64,000 nt of DNA, taken from the NCBI GenBank assembly GCA_963823555.1, contig CAWGMA010000004.1, positions 480,001 to 544,000 on the forward strand, written 5' to 3'. The translations under genes were made by a program, and so were the position numbers. The notes beneath the pieces are model-generated. The model worked only from the letters and a program-made list of their open reading frames with translations, made no database searches and was not told the origin of the DNA. Positions 41,755 through 51,058 of the stretch are shown here, one piece after another (positions within the stretch are counted from its first letter, which is position 1; every line of letters begins with the position of its first letter). This DNA comes from Candidatus Eiseniibacteriota bacterium. Its GTDB lineage: Bacteria; Eisenbacteria; RBG-16-71-46; CAVPCR01.

Positions 41755-42025
41755 CGTCCGTCCTGCTAAATCATTGAAAGGTAATTAAATCGAGCGGGGG
41801 AGTGGGCGAGTATAACACGGTCCAGGAAGGCCGGGAAACACGGGCTCGGCTGGCCTGCCGCCTGGCGGGGCCTGAAACCCTCACCGGGAAGGTGTCATCC
41901 CAATGAGCGTGGGCGGGGGGCTCGAGAGCCAGGCGGCTCTGGCTTCCTGGCGGGGGGTGATATGGGCTTTCCTGCCATCATCCGTAGGTTGCCCGCTTCT
42001 GAAACCAATTTCCAGGGAGGTGGCG

Positions 42026-42307
42026 ATGAACAGCGACCAGGACCGGCCCCCGGTCTATGCCGAGCACGCAGCGCGGCTCGAAGAGCTCGGACTCATGCTC
42101 GGCCCGGACCGCGGACGGCTGGCGCTCGGGCTCGACCTCCTCACCGAGGCCTTGATCGCCGCCGGCGCGCACGCGGTCTACTGCCGGCAGGCTTCGGATG
42201 CCGATCGTCCCAGCCCCGACATGCGACAGATCACCGGACGCATCGAGCAGGCCAAGCACCTCATCCAGGATGTCATGGGTTCCCTGGCCGGACAGCGGAC
42301 GCCCTGA
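42026..42307 (+). CDS. Small helical hypothetical protein
   Basis: GGAGG RBS, 93-aa ORF with host-like codon usage. Confidence 0.6.
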   Translation: MNSDQDRPPVYAEHAARLEELGLMLGPDRGRLALGLDLLTEALIAAGAHAVYCRQASDADRPSPDMRQITGRIEQAKHLIQDVMGSLAGQRTP

Positions 42308-42339
42308 CCGCGCCTGGTCCTCTCAGCCTTCAGCCTGAC

Positions 42340-43041
42340 CTAGCCGTTTCGTTCGCGGTGGATGTGATCGGCGGCGATCCCGCGCCCGATGAGCCCCGCC
42401 ATCACCGCCTCGATCATCTCCCGGCGACCGCAAACATACACATCGAGGTCTCGACGCATGCCGAGCACGGAACCGAGGTGCGTCTGGACGTATCCGGTTC
42501 GTCCCGACCACTCGGCTCGCGGCCTGCTGAGGGTGGGCTCGTAGGCGAATCGCGACTCCCTCGCCGCCAAGGCCGAGAACTCCTCCCCGAACAGTAGATC
42601 CTCCTCCGTGCGGGCGCCGAAGAGGAGCGTGACGTGTCTCTCTCCGCTGGCGAGTGCGCGGTGGATCATGGGCCGGAGCGGGCTCACCCCGCTCCCGGTG
42701 GCGACGAAGAGGCAGTCCCGATCCACCGGTTCGCGGAGGCGGAAGGAGCCGTGGGGGCCGGAGAACTCCACGCGGTCCCCAGGCTGGAAAGGCGGCCGAG
42801 CCGGCGCCGAACTGGTTCCCGTGCCGGCGATGCAAAGCTCGAAGCAACCGTCCGGTCGTGGTGGTGACGCGATCGAGTAGTGGTGCACGCGGGACTCCCC
42901 GCCATCGCTCGTGTGCAGAGAAACATACTGGCCCGGTGCGAAGCGGAAGGGTGTCTCACCCCCCACGCAGAGCACCACCCGATGGGCCCAATCGCCAAGG
43001 CGCTCCACGTCTTCGATTCTGGCTCGATGAAGTGCTGTCAC
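42340..43041 (-). CDS. FAD/NAD(P)-binding oxidoreductase (FNR-like)
   Basis: FAPGQY, YSIAS, GPHGSF, ATGSGVSP, FGART, YVCG. Confidence 0.9.
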   Translation of the reverse strand: MTALHRARIEDVERLGDWAHRVVLCVGGETPFRFAPGQYVSLHTSDGGESRVHHYSIASPPRPDGCFELCIAGTGTSSAPARPPFQPGDRVEFSGPHGSFRLREPVDRDCLFVATGSGVSPLRPMIHRALASGERHVTLLFGARTEEDLLFGEEFSALAARESRFAYEPTLSRPRAEWSGRTGYVQTHLGSVLGMRRDLDVYVCGRREMIEAVMAGLIGRGIAADHIHRERNG

Positions 43042-43171
43042 GCACGAGAAGATAGCCGAGCACCCTCCCCGGGGGCCAGCACGGCCTGGGATCGGCGCCT
43101 TCGGCCCGTTCTCGATCTTCTCTCGCACGTGACATTGACCCCAGTATTTCCAGCCCCTATCCTCTTGCCCG

Positions 43172-43960
43172 ATGAGCCTCTCACCATCGTCCTCATCCAG
43201 CGCTCCTCACCCGCTCATCACCGTCTCCGGCTTGGCGTCGGGGGTGGGGAAGACGACCCTGGCCGAATGGCTCATCCGCCGCCTGGCTCCGATGGCCGCC
43301 CTCAAGGTGACCGTGGTCGACTCCGGGATCCACGGCTGTCCCATCCAGCGTTCCTGTGGGGTTTGCTCCTCCCTCCGCATGCCCTATCGCATCCTGGTCG
43401 AGCATCCATGCTCGGGCGGCGATCGAGTGGAGCCCCATGTTCCCCGGAAGGACACCACACGCCTGGCACGAGCCGGTGCGGATCCCGTGATCTGGGTGCA
43501 GACTCGGTGGGAGTTCCTCGATGCGGCTCTGCGGGCGGGCCTGGCCCGGGTAGGGAGAAGGGGTGTCGTGATCGAGGGCAACACGGCGGTGTCGCGGCTC
43601 CGGCCGGATCTGGCCCTGATGGTCGACCGCCCGGGGCGCGCTGAAGCCAAGCCCTCCGCGCGGGCGATCCTCGATCGCATGCACGCGGTCCTCCTCAATC
43701 TCCCGCGGATGGTGCACGGTACCGAGGTTGTCGGATGGGGTGGGGGCATCGATGATGCCTCGAACGCAGCACGGCGAGCGCGGGGTGCGGCCCGGCTCGG
43801 GAGCGAGAGGCCGGGCCTGCCCGTTCATCGGCTCGACCTGCAATCACCGGGATGGCGCGGGGAGCAGATCCTCGATCGGCTGGTGGCCCACGCGGTCGGT
43901 TCGGGTGAAGGGGGGAGGGAGAGCCGGGGAGGCCAAATCGGATCGGGGATGCTAAAGTAG
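43172..43960 (+). CDS. P-loop NTPase (MobB-like) with a Cys cluster
   Basis: GLASGVGKTT, CPIQRSCGVC, KDTTRL..AGA..V.W, VIEGN. Confidence 0.7.
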   Translation: MSLSPSSSSSAPHPLITVSGLASGVGKTTLAEWLIRRLAPMAALKVTVVDSGIHGCPIQRSCGVCSSLRMPYRILVEHPCSGGDRVEPHVPRKDTTRLARAGADPVIWVQTRWEFLDAALRAGLARVGRRGVVIEGNTAVSRLRPDLALMVDRPGRAEAKPSARAILDRMHAVLLNLPRMVHGTEVVGWGGGIDDASNAARRARGAARLGSERPGLPVHRLDLQSPGWRGEQILDRLVAHAVGSGEGGRESRGGQIGSGMLK

Positions 43961-44554
43961 ATGGCGATGCTAGACGAACGTGCTCTGGTCCTGAACCGTC
44001 ACTGGCTTGCGATCGATACGGTGAGCGTGCGCCGTGCCTTGTGCATGCTCTACCTGGGGGTCGCGCGCGCCGTGGCGCCGGACACGTTCGAGCTCCATGA
44101 CTGGGGGAGTTGGGCCTCCCTCAAGGTGGAAGCAGGGCAGCCGGCCATCCGTGCCGTGCGTTTCCAGATGCGGATGCCCGAGATCGTCTTGCTCCTGGTC
44201 TACGATCGGGTCCCGCGCCAGCGCGTCATCTTCTCCCGGCGCAATCTCTTCCGCCGTGATCAGTTCATGTGCCAGTACTGCGGCCACCAGCCCGGACGCG
44301 ACGAGCTATCGATCGACCACATCGTGCCGCGGTCGCGCGGCGGGCGCAGCACCTGGGCCAATTGCGTCGTGGCCTGCCTCAAGTGCAACAAGCGCAAGGC
44401 GGATCGCACGCTCCCGGAGTCAGGGCTCAGCCTGGTCCGGGCGCCCCAGGAGCCGACGTGGAGCCCATACCTCAGCCTCAACCTGGGCCGGCGTCGCGTG
44501 AGCTGGGAACGGTTTATCTCCGAGAAGTACTGGAACGTCGAGCTTGAAGAGTAG
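43961..44554 (+). CDS. HNH endonuclease (McrA-like)
   Basis: LVLNRHW, FSRRNLFRRD, CQYCG, IDHIVPRSRGG, NCVVACLKCN..K. Confidence 0.93.
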   Translation: MAMLDERALVLNRHWLAIDTVSVRRALCMLYLGVARAVAPDTFELHDWGSWASLKVEAGQPAIRAVRFQMRMPEIVLLLVYDRVPRQRVIFSRRNLFRRDQFMCQYCGHQPGRDELSIDHIVPRSRGGRSTWANCVVACLKCNKRKADRTLPESGLSLVRAPQEPTWSPYLSLNLGRRRVSWERFISEKYWNVELEE

Positions 44555-44752
44555 TGCTCTCCTCCGGCTGGACTCCTGATCCTGTTCGGGTCCGGGTTGT
44601 CGATTTGATCAGGTCGGAATCGGCTCGAGTTCTCGCGTGGCGGGTGCGAGCAGGACGTTCGCTGATCGCCGACTAGGGGAAGAGGACTGGGCGTGCCTTC
44701 CCGGCCGCGGCGCCGGGCAAGCAGATGATGCCGGCGTCATTGGTCCCGGCCG

Positions 44753-45016
44753 CTAGAAGACTTCTTCCTCGTCCTCGTCTTCATAGTCGTCGTAGTCATC
44801 CTCGAAGTCCTCGTCATCGTCGTCGAAGTCGTCGTCGTCCTCATCGCCGTCTTCATCCTCATCCTCGAACTCGTCGTCATCCTCCATCTCGTCGTCCTCT
44901 TCTTCTTCCTCGTAGGACGCGTAGGCTTCAACGCACTCCGGGCTGCAGAACTTCTGACCGCCGCGGACGATTGGCTTGCCGACGATCGTCTCTTCGCAGA
45001 AAGCGCAGACTGCCAT
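44753..45016 (-). CDS. 87-aa protein: TRASH/YHS-like Cys motif plus poly-Asp/Glu tail
   Basis: MAVCAFC...KFCSPEC followed by about 50 mostly acidic residues; GGAGGT RBS. Confidence 0.75.
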   Translation of the reverse strand: MAVCAFCEETIVGKPIVRGGQKFCSPECVEAYASYEEEEEDDEMEDDDEFEDEDEDGDEDDDDFDDDDEDFEDDYDDYEDEDEEEVF

Positions 45017-45264
45017 GGTTCCATTACCTCCGCTCTCGCGGTCCTCCGGGGCCGCGGTGGGCGCGTAAGCTACCCCCGGGGGCCGGGTGGTGCAAGCCCC
45101 CAAAGTATGCCCGGTGCCGCCCTCCCCGGCCCCCCGGGATTTTCTCGGCGGGGCGCCGGCCGGCCATCTGATGGCAGCACAAGCCGGCTCCCCCGGCAAG
45201 CGCAATGGACTTCCTTTGCCCCGCCGGTGGCACCGGCCCTTGGGGAGCGGGGCGCGGATCCGCC

Positions 45265-46395
45265 TCAGGCCGTGGCCGGTCCGCCTGCCGGCTCCGCGGG
45301 CGGGTGAACGGGCCCGGTACCTCCCCTGAAGCGCAGCGCGAACACCTCGAGCTCCCCATGCTCGACCTCGAGCGCGAGCTCCAGGGTGCCGTGGCCGGGG
45401 TCGCGAACCAGGCGATAGAGTCGGGGGGCACTGGCGCGGACCAGGCTCGCCGGGCGGCCTGAGCCATCTGCGGGTTCGAGGTCGCGCCCGGAGCGCTCCG
45501 CGGGTACCGGTCGGCCGTCGACCACAACCCTGACCGCGGTCCCGGCCGCGGGACCGCGGAGCACCGCGCTCACCTCGGCCGCCGTGGCTCGCACCTGGAG
45601 GGCGGCCGGCCGTTCCGGCTGCGGCATCGCGATCAGGCTCTCGCCGGTGGCCCGCCATGGGCCGCTCAGGTACAGGCGGTCGGCGATGCGAAGCTTCGCT
45701 TCCGCGTAGTCGACGGTAGCGCCACTCCGCTCGAGCCCCTCACGGTTTCCAACGCTGCTGCGCAGAAATCCGCCATGGAGATCAGGAGTCGATGGCAGGG
45801 TCGTCGGTTTCGCTGCGGGCGGGGATGGAGCCGGCAGGCGGATCCAGGGACCGATATCAGCGCGGCCCTTGGCCAGAGTGGTGACGAGATGGGTGGCGAT
45901 CTGCGCATACCCGACCGGCCCGGGATGGTCGAGAACGACCTGACCTTCGCGGTCGAGGAGGATCGAGCGTGGCCAGAACCGGTTGTCGAGCGCTTTCCAG
46001 ATCGCGAGGTCGTTGTCGAGAACGACGGGATAGCGGATTCCGAACTCGGCGACGGCAGCAGCGACGTGGGCGCGCTCCGCACCGAAGCTGAACTCGGGTG
46101 TGTGGACCCCGATGATGGTGAGCCCGAAGCGCGTGTACCGCCGGTGCCAGGTCGAGAGAAAGGGTATCGTCCGCAAGGATAGCGGGCAGGTGTAGTCCCA
46201 GAAGACGAGAAGAATCGCACGGTCGGCCAGAGCCGGTTCGATGAAGCAGAGCTCGGGGGGCCCGCCCTCCGGCGACTCGGCCATGAGCAAGGGAGGGGCG
46301 TTGAGCCAGCGCGGCGCGAGCCGGCTCCGAATCTGAGCCAGCGCGCGTCGAGGAGCGCCTGGATCCGGTGTATGGTGCGGAGTCGAGGTGGACAT
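45265..46395 (-). CDS. DipZ-like thioredoxin-fold protein (CxxS variant)
   Basis: FWDYTCPLSLRT, IIGVHTPEF, YPVVLDND, NRFWP, DipZ-like C-terminal domain (PRLYRLV). Confidence 0.8.
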   Translation of the reverse strand: MSTSTPHHTPDPGAPRRALAQIRSRLAPRWLNAPPLLMAESPEGGPPELCFIEPALADRAILLVFWDYTCPLSLRTIPFLSTWHRRYTRFGLTIIGVHTPEFSFGAERAHVAAAVAEFGIRYPVVLDNDLAIWKALDNRFWPRSILLDREGQVVLDHPGPVGYAQIATHLVTTLAKGRADIGPWIRLPAPSPPAAKPTTLPSTPDLHGGFLRSSVGNREGLERSGATVDYAEAKLRIADRLYLSGPWRATGESLIAMPQPERPAALQVRATAAEVSAVLRGPAAGTAVRVVVDGRPVPAERSGRDLEPADGSGRPASLVRASAPRLYRLVRDPGHGTLELALEVEHGELEVFALRFRGGTGPVHPPAEPAGGPATA

Positions 46396-46628
46396 GGCGG
46401 CGAGGGTTGGGAGAACCGTATCGTCTGGGATATCGGCTCGCGGTCGCGCGATGTCAAGCCCGGGGCTCGTCCCGCCTCCCCCGGGTAGCGCCGGCCCGGT
46501 CGCGCCGCTTCGGGCCGGCTCCTGGGGCATCTAGCCCGATCCCGGCGCCCCCGGGTTTGCGCCCCGCGCTATCATCTGCGGCTTTGCCCCCACCAAGGCA
46601 GGACGCCTGGATTCGAGGAGGACCTTCC

Positions 46629-46967
46629 GTGGCGCGATTCGAACGTCATGTCTTCATCTGCACCAATGAACGCCCCGCCGGTCATGCCCGCGGATCGTGC
46701 GCGGCCCGCGGCGCCGTTCCCATTCGCGAGCATTTCAAGGCCGAAGTGCGCCGGCGCGGCCTCAAGGCGCGAGTGCGGGCGAACCAGTGTGGCTGTCTCG
46801 ATGCCTGCGAGCTGGGGCCGACGATCGTCGTCTATCCAGACCAGGTCTGGTACGGCGGAGTCACGCTCGAGGACGTCGACGAGATCATCGAGCGACACCT
46901 CGTGAGTGGGGAGCCCGTCGAGCGCCTTCGCATCCCCGACGGCGGGTTCCCGGAGAGCGAGGGCTGA
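46629..46967 (+). CDS. Thioredoxin-like [2Fe-2S] ferredoxin
   Basis: HVFICTN, GSCAARG, CGCLDACELGP, VYPDQVWY. Confidence 0.92.
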   Translation: MARFERHVFICTNERPAGHARGSCAARGAVPIREHFKAEVRRRGLKARVRANQCGCLDACELGPTIVVYPDQVWYGGVTLEDVDEIIERHLVSGEPVERLRIPDGGFPESEG

Positions 46968-47000
46968 CCGCCGCCGGGTCGCGTCGGGTCGGGCCGGCCG

Positions 47001-48206
47001 CTAGGCTGCGGGTTCGGGCTCCGGGAATCGGCGCACGATCTGATAACGGCTGTCCCGCTGCGCGGGCTCGTATCCCTGCGCCCGGATCAAGCGACGGATC
47101 TCCGCGGCGTCCATCCGCGTGCGGATGGTGCCGGCCGCGGACACCACGTTTTCCTCGAGCATCGTCGATCCGAAGTCGTCGGCGCCGTGATGGAGGGCCT
47201 GGGCCGCAACCTCGGGTCCCATGGTCGGCCACGAGGCCTGGATGTGATCGAAGTTGTCGAGATAGAGCCGGGCCAGCGCCACCTGGCGCAGGTATTCCTC
47301 ACGCCCGGCTCCCAAGGTGGAGCGCAGGCGTGACGCTCCGAGGCTCGTGTTCTCGAACTGCGCCGTCCAGACGATGAAGGCGGTGAAGCCGTTGCCATGA
47401 TCCGCCAGGGATTCATCCTGCAGGGACCGCAGGCGCTCGAGGTGATTCATGCGGTGGTTCACGGTCTCGCCCAGGCCGATGACCATCGATGCCGTCGTGG
47501 TGAGTCCCAGACGCTGGGCGCACCGCATCACGGCCAGCCACTCCGCTGTCTTCTGCTTCTTCGGGCTCACTCGGGAGCGGACCTCGTCATCGAGGATCTC
47601 GGCCCCCCCGCCCGGGAGGCCGGCGAGCCCGGCGGCCATGAGGCGCTCGAGCGTGGTCTCGATGCTCAGGCCCTCGATGGTGGCGAAGTGCTCGATCTCT
47701 GACGGCGAGAAGGCGTTGATCTCGATGGTCGGGAAGGTGGCGCGAATCCACCGCAGCAGATCTTCGTACCAGGTGAGGCGGAGATCCGGGTGGTGCCCCC
47801 CCTGCATGAGGATGCGAGTGCCCCCGGCCGCCACCAGTTCCTGGATCTTCTCCTCCAGTATCTGGTGCGAGTTGACGTAGGCCTCGGGATGCCCGGGGGG
47901 CCGGTAGAAGGCACAGAACTGGCAGTCCGTGATGCAGATGTTCGAGTAGTTGATGTTGCGATCGACGAGGTAGGTGACGCGCCGGGCGGGCGCGCGTGCG
48001 GCGCGCCGGGCCGCGGCGTGGTGGCGAAGATCGCCGATCGGCGCTCGGGTGAAGAGGATCTCGCCATCGCGTGGCGTGAGACGGGCGCCGGCCGCGGCGC
48101 GGCCGAGGGCGGCCGCCAGCTCGGGATCGCCGCTCGCTTTCGGCACCGCGGCGGCCCCGGTGGAGCTCGGCTGAACGCTGGGGCGGAGGCGGGAATCCTG
48201 GGTCAC
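47001..48206 (-). CDS. mqnC: Cyclic dehypoxanthine futalosine synthase (radical SAM)
   Basis: DRNINYSNICITDCQFCAFYR, ILMQGGHHP, PGGGAEIL, HIQASW, GADDFGSTMLEENVV. Confidence 0.9.
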   Translation of the reverse strand: MTQDSRLRPSVQPSSTGAAAVPKASGDPELAAALGRAAAGARLTPRDGEILFTRAPIGDLRHHAAARRAARAPARRVTYLVDRNINYSNICITDCQFCAFYRPPGHPEAYVNSHQILEEKIQELVAAGGTRILMQGGHHPDLRLTWYEDLLRWIRATFPTIEINAFSPSEIEHFATIEGLSIETTLERLMAAGLAGLPGGGAEILDDEVRSRVSPKKQKTAEWLAVMRCAQRLGLTTTASMVIGLGETVNHRMNHLERLRSLQDESLADHGNGFTAFIVWTAQFENTSLGASRLRSTLGAGREEYLRQVALARLYLDNFDHIQASWPTMGPEVAAQALHHGADDFGSTMLEENVVSAAGTIRTRMDAAEIRRLIRAQGYEPAQRDSRYQIVRRFPEPEPAA

Positions 48207-48386
48207 GGGAGCTTCCTCGTCCTGTGTGCTCGGGCCCCGGCCGGGGGGTAGGGGGGGACATCCGTCTCGGGAGTCGCGGCGGCTGCCGGGAAACACACCG
48301 AGCGCTGCATGGTACGTTAGGCTTGAGAACACGGTCAAGCCGACCGCCGGATGAGTCACTGGCCGGGGAATCAAGGAGGCCCGATC

Positions 48387-48695
48387 ATGATCATGCTCGA
48401 GTTCAGCCTGAGTCCGCTCGACAAGGGGCCGAGCATTGGCGCAGAGGTGGCGCGCTGCCTCGACATCATCGACTCGAGCGGTGTCGACTACCGGTTCGGT
48501 CCGATGGGCACGGTGCTCGAGGGCACCTGGGACGAGGTCTTTCAGGTGGTCCGGCGATGCTTCGAGCGCGCCAGCGAGGACTGTGAGCGGATCTCGCTCG
48601 CCATCCGCGTCGACCACCGGAAGGGGGCCGGCCCACGCCTGCCGGACCGGATCGAGCGCATCGAGGAGCGCGTCGGTCGGAAGCTCCGCACCTGA
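48387..48695 (+). CDS. MTH1187/thiamine-binding-protein family
   Basis: MLEFSLSP, VARCLDII..SG, GPMGTVLEG, RISLAIRVD. Confidence 0.88.
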   Translation: MIMLEFSLSPLDKGPSIGAEVARCLDIIDSSGVDYRFGPMGTVLEGTWDEVFQVVRRCFERASEDCERISLAIRVDHRKGAGPRLPDRIERIEERVGRKLRT

Positions 48696-48860
48696 GTTTT
48701 CGCCAGGGCGCCGCCGCTTGTTCTTGACCCGGCGTCCTGGATCGGCACAATGGATAACCCCGCCGCCCGGCGGCGCGGCCCGCCCGGGCCGGCCCGGCGG
48801 CGGCAGACGCGATAGGCCCGGCTCCGCCCCGGCTTGACGCCGGCGCCGAGCGGAGGACGA

Positions 48861-49886
48861 GTGACGACACCCGAACAGCTGAGCCCACTCGCTCCGCGTC
48901 CCGATCAGGCCGCCCTGGCCCGTGCACTCGAGGCCTTCGACGATTTCGTCGATGCCGAGGTCGGCGACACGACGCTGCAGCGTGCCCGCAATCTGGAACG
49001 CGAGACCGGCCTCCGGCAGATCTATCTCAAGTTCGAGGGCGGCAATCCGACCGGCACGCAGAAGGACCGTGTCGCCTTCACGATGGTGCGCGACGCGCTG
49101 CGACGCGGCTACGAAGTGATCACCGTCGCTACCTGCGGCAACTTCGGTGCCGCCATCGGTTACGCGGCGCGCACCGCGAAGATGCGCTCGATCGCCTTCG
49201 TTCCGGAGAGCTTCTCGACGCGCCGAGCCACCGAGATGGAGGCGACGGGCACGCATGTCATTCGCGTCCCCGGCACCTACGAGGATGCCGTGATGATGAG
49301 CCGGGAGCGGGCGGCGCTCCACGAATGGTATGACGCCAATCCAGGCTCGGAGAACGGCGACCTGCAGCTCGAGGCCTATGCCGGCATTGCCTACGAGATC
49401 TTCGATGAGCTGCGCGACGCCCCGGCCGCCGTGGCCGTGCCGGTCTCGAATGGGACCACGCTCGCCGGCATTCATCATGGTTTCGTGCGCCTGGAGAGGC
49501 GCGGGAAGATCTCGCGCGTGCCGCGCATGATCGGGGCGTCCACCTATCGCAAGAACCCCATCGTGCGCTCGTTCGTCAACAACTTGCCGCAATGCGTCGA
49601 TCTCGATCCGGCCGATGCCAAGGAGACCGGCATCAACGAGCCGCTGGTCAACTGGCATGCCTTCGACGGTCAGCTTGCCCTTGATGCCATTCGCGTCTCG
49701 AGTGGCTGGGCCGGCGACGCTTCGGACAAGGCCATGCTCGCCCACGCCCGGCTCTTGCGTGAGCGCGAGGGGCTCGACGTGCTGCCGGCCTCGACCTCGG
49801 CCCTCGCCGTCCTGCTCAAGGGGCACGCCCAGAGCCCGCTACCCCCGGATCGTTACGTGGTGGTCTTGACCGGTCGCCGGGGCTAG
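48861..49886 (+). CDS. PLP-dependent enzyme, threonine-synthase-like (fold type II)
   Basis: YLKFEGGNPTGTQKDR (PLP lysine), ATCGNFG, PVSNGTTLAG, VLTGR. Confidence 0.9.
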   Translation: MTTPEQLSPLAPRPDQAALARALEAFDDFVDAEVGDTTLQRARNLERETGLRQIYLKFEGGNPTGTQKDRVAFTMVRDALRRGYEVITVATCGNFGAAIGYAARTAKMRSIAFVPESFSTRRATEMEATGTHVIRVPGTYEDAVMMSRERAALHEWYDANPGSENGDLQLEAYAGIAYEIFDELRDAPAAVAVPVSNGTTLAGIHHGFVRLERRGKISRVPRMIGASTYRKNPIVRSFVNNLPQCVDLDPADAKETGINEPLVNWHAFDGQLALDAIRVSSGWAGDASDKAMLAHARLLREREGLDVLPASTSALAVLLKGHAQSPLPPDRYVVVLTGRRG

Positions 49887-49888
49887 CC

Positions 49889-51058
49889 ATGGACGAATCC
49901 GAGCGCGACAGCGCGGAAGCGAGCAGGCAGGCTCCCCTCGACGGCACCGCGGTCGTCTACTGCGAAGGTGCCTTCGGGTCGCCCAACGGCAAGACGGCGC
50001 ACGGTCTCGTGCGTCATACGCGCCGCTACGAGGTCGCCGCGGTCATCGACTCGCGTCTTGCCGGACGCGATGCCGGCGACGTGCTCGATGGAACCCCGGC
50101 CGGTATCCCGATCGTGGCCACCATCGAGGACGCCGAGCAGGCGGCACGGGCGCGGGGCGCTGCCCTCACCCACTTCGTGATCGGGCTGGCGCCGGATGGC
50201 GGGCGGCTCCCGCGAGAGGCGCGCGAGATCGTCCTCGCCGCCATCCGCCGCGATCTCAGCGTCGACTCGGGGCTCCACGATTATCTGACGGAGGACCCCG
50301 AGATCGCCGACCTCGCTGCTCGTCGCGGGGTCCATCTGCGGGATATCCGCAAGCCGAAGACGACGCGCGATCTTCACTTCTTCACGGGTCGGATCGCCGA
50401 GGTCCAAGCGGTCGTCCTCGCCATGCTCGGGACCGACTCGGCCGTCGGCAAGCGCACGACCGCGATGCTCCTCGAGCGTGGGCTCAGGGCGCGCGGGCTC
50501 AACGCGGTCATGATCGGGACCGGGCAGACGGCCTGGCTCCAGGGCGTCCGTTACGGCCTGATCCTCGACTCCACGGTCAATGATTTCGTGGCCGGCGAGA
50601 TCGAGCATGCCATCCTCGCCGCCTGGGAGGCGGAGCGTCCCGATGTCATCCTCCTCGAGGGGCAGGGGAGCCTGCTGAACCCGGCTTACCCTGGGGGTTT
50701 CGAATTGCTGGCCGCCGGTCGCCCGCAGGGGATCGTGCTGCAGCACGCGCCCGCCCGCGTCGACCACGATGGATTTCCGGGATTCCCGATCGGGCCGATC
50801 GAGCGCCACATCCGGCTCCTCGAAGAGATCTCCGGCCGCCCGGTGCTCGCGGTCACCCTGAACCACGAGGGATTGACTCCCGAGGCCGTGACCGAGACCG
50901 CGGATCGACTCGAGCGAGAGCTCGGACGTCCGGTCGTCGATGTCCTCCGCGATGGACCGGGGCGCCTGGTCGAGGAGATCCTCGGACGCTTCCCACAACT
51001 CGCCGCCGTGGCTCGCGAAACGCCGGCGGGTGTCGTCAACGGGGGTAAGGATGGCTGA
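49889..51058 (+). CDS. DUF1611 family P-loop protein (DgcN-like N-acetyltransferase)
   Basis: GKTAHGL, IG.A..GG.LP, SGLH, GTDSAVGKRT, TGQT, DFVAGEIE, EGQGSL. Confidence 0.9.
   Translation: MDESERDSAEASRQAPLDGTAVVYCEGAFGSPNGKTAHGLVRHTRRYEVAAVIDSRLAGRDAGDVLDGTPAGIPIVATIEDAEQAARARGAALTHFVIGLAPDGGRLPREAREIVLAAIRRDLSVDSGLHDYLTEDPEIADLAARRGVHLRDIRKPKTTRDLHFFTGRIAEVQAVVLAMLGTDSAVGKRTTAMLLERGLRARGLNAVMIGTGQTAWLQGVRYGLILDSTVNDFVAGEIEHAILAAWEAERPDVILLEGQGSLLNPAYPGGFELLAAGRPQGIVLQHAPARVDHDGFPGFPIGPIERHIRLLEEISGRPVLAVTLNHEGLTPEAVTETADRLERELGRPVVDVLRDGPGRLVEEILGRFPQLAAVARETPAGVVNGGKDG

Noticed and set aside
44760..44915. TCG/TCA/TCC-rich repetitive tract as CRISPR or VNTR
   Set aside because: It is the codon pattern of the poly-Asp/Glu tail; no repeat-spacer structure
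47001..49826. 941-aa ORF suggesting a giant MqnC fusion
   Set aside because: The N-terminal ~540 aa are antisense to the MTH1187 and PLP-enzyme genes; the real gene starts near 48206
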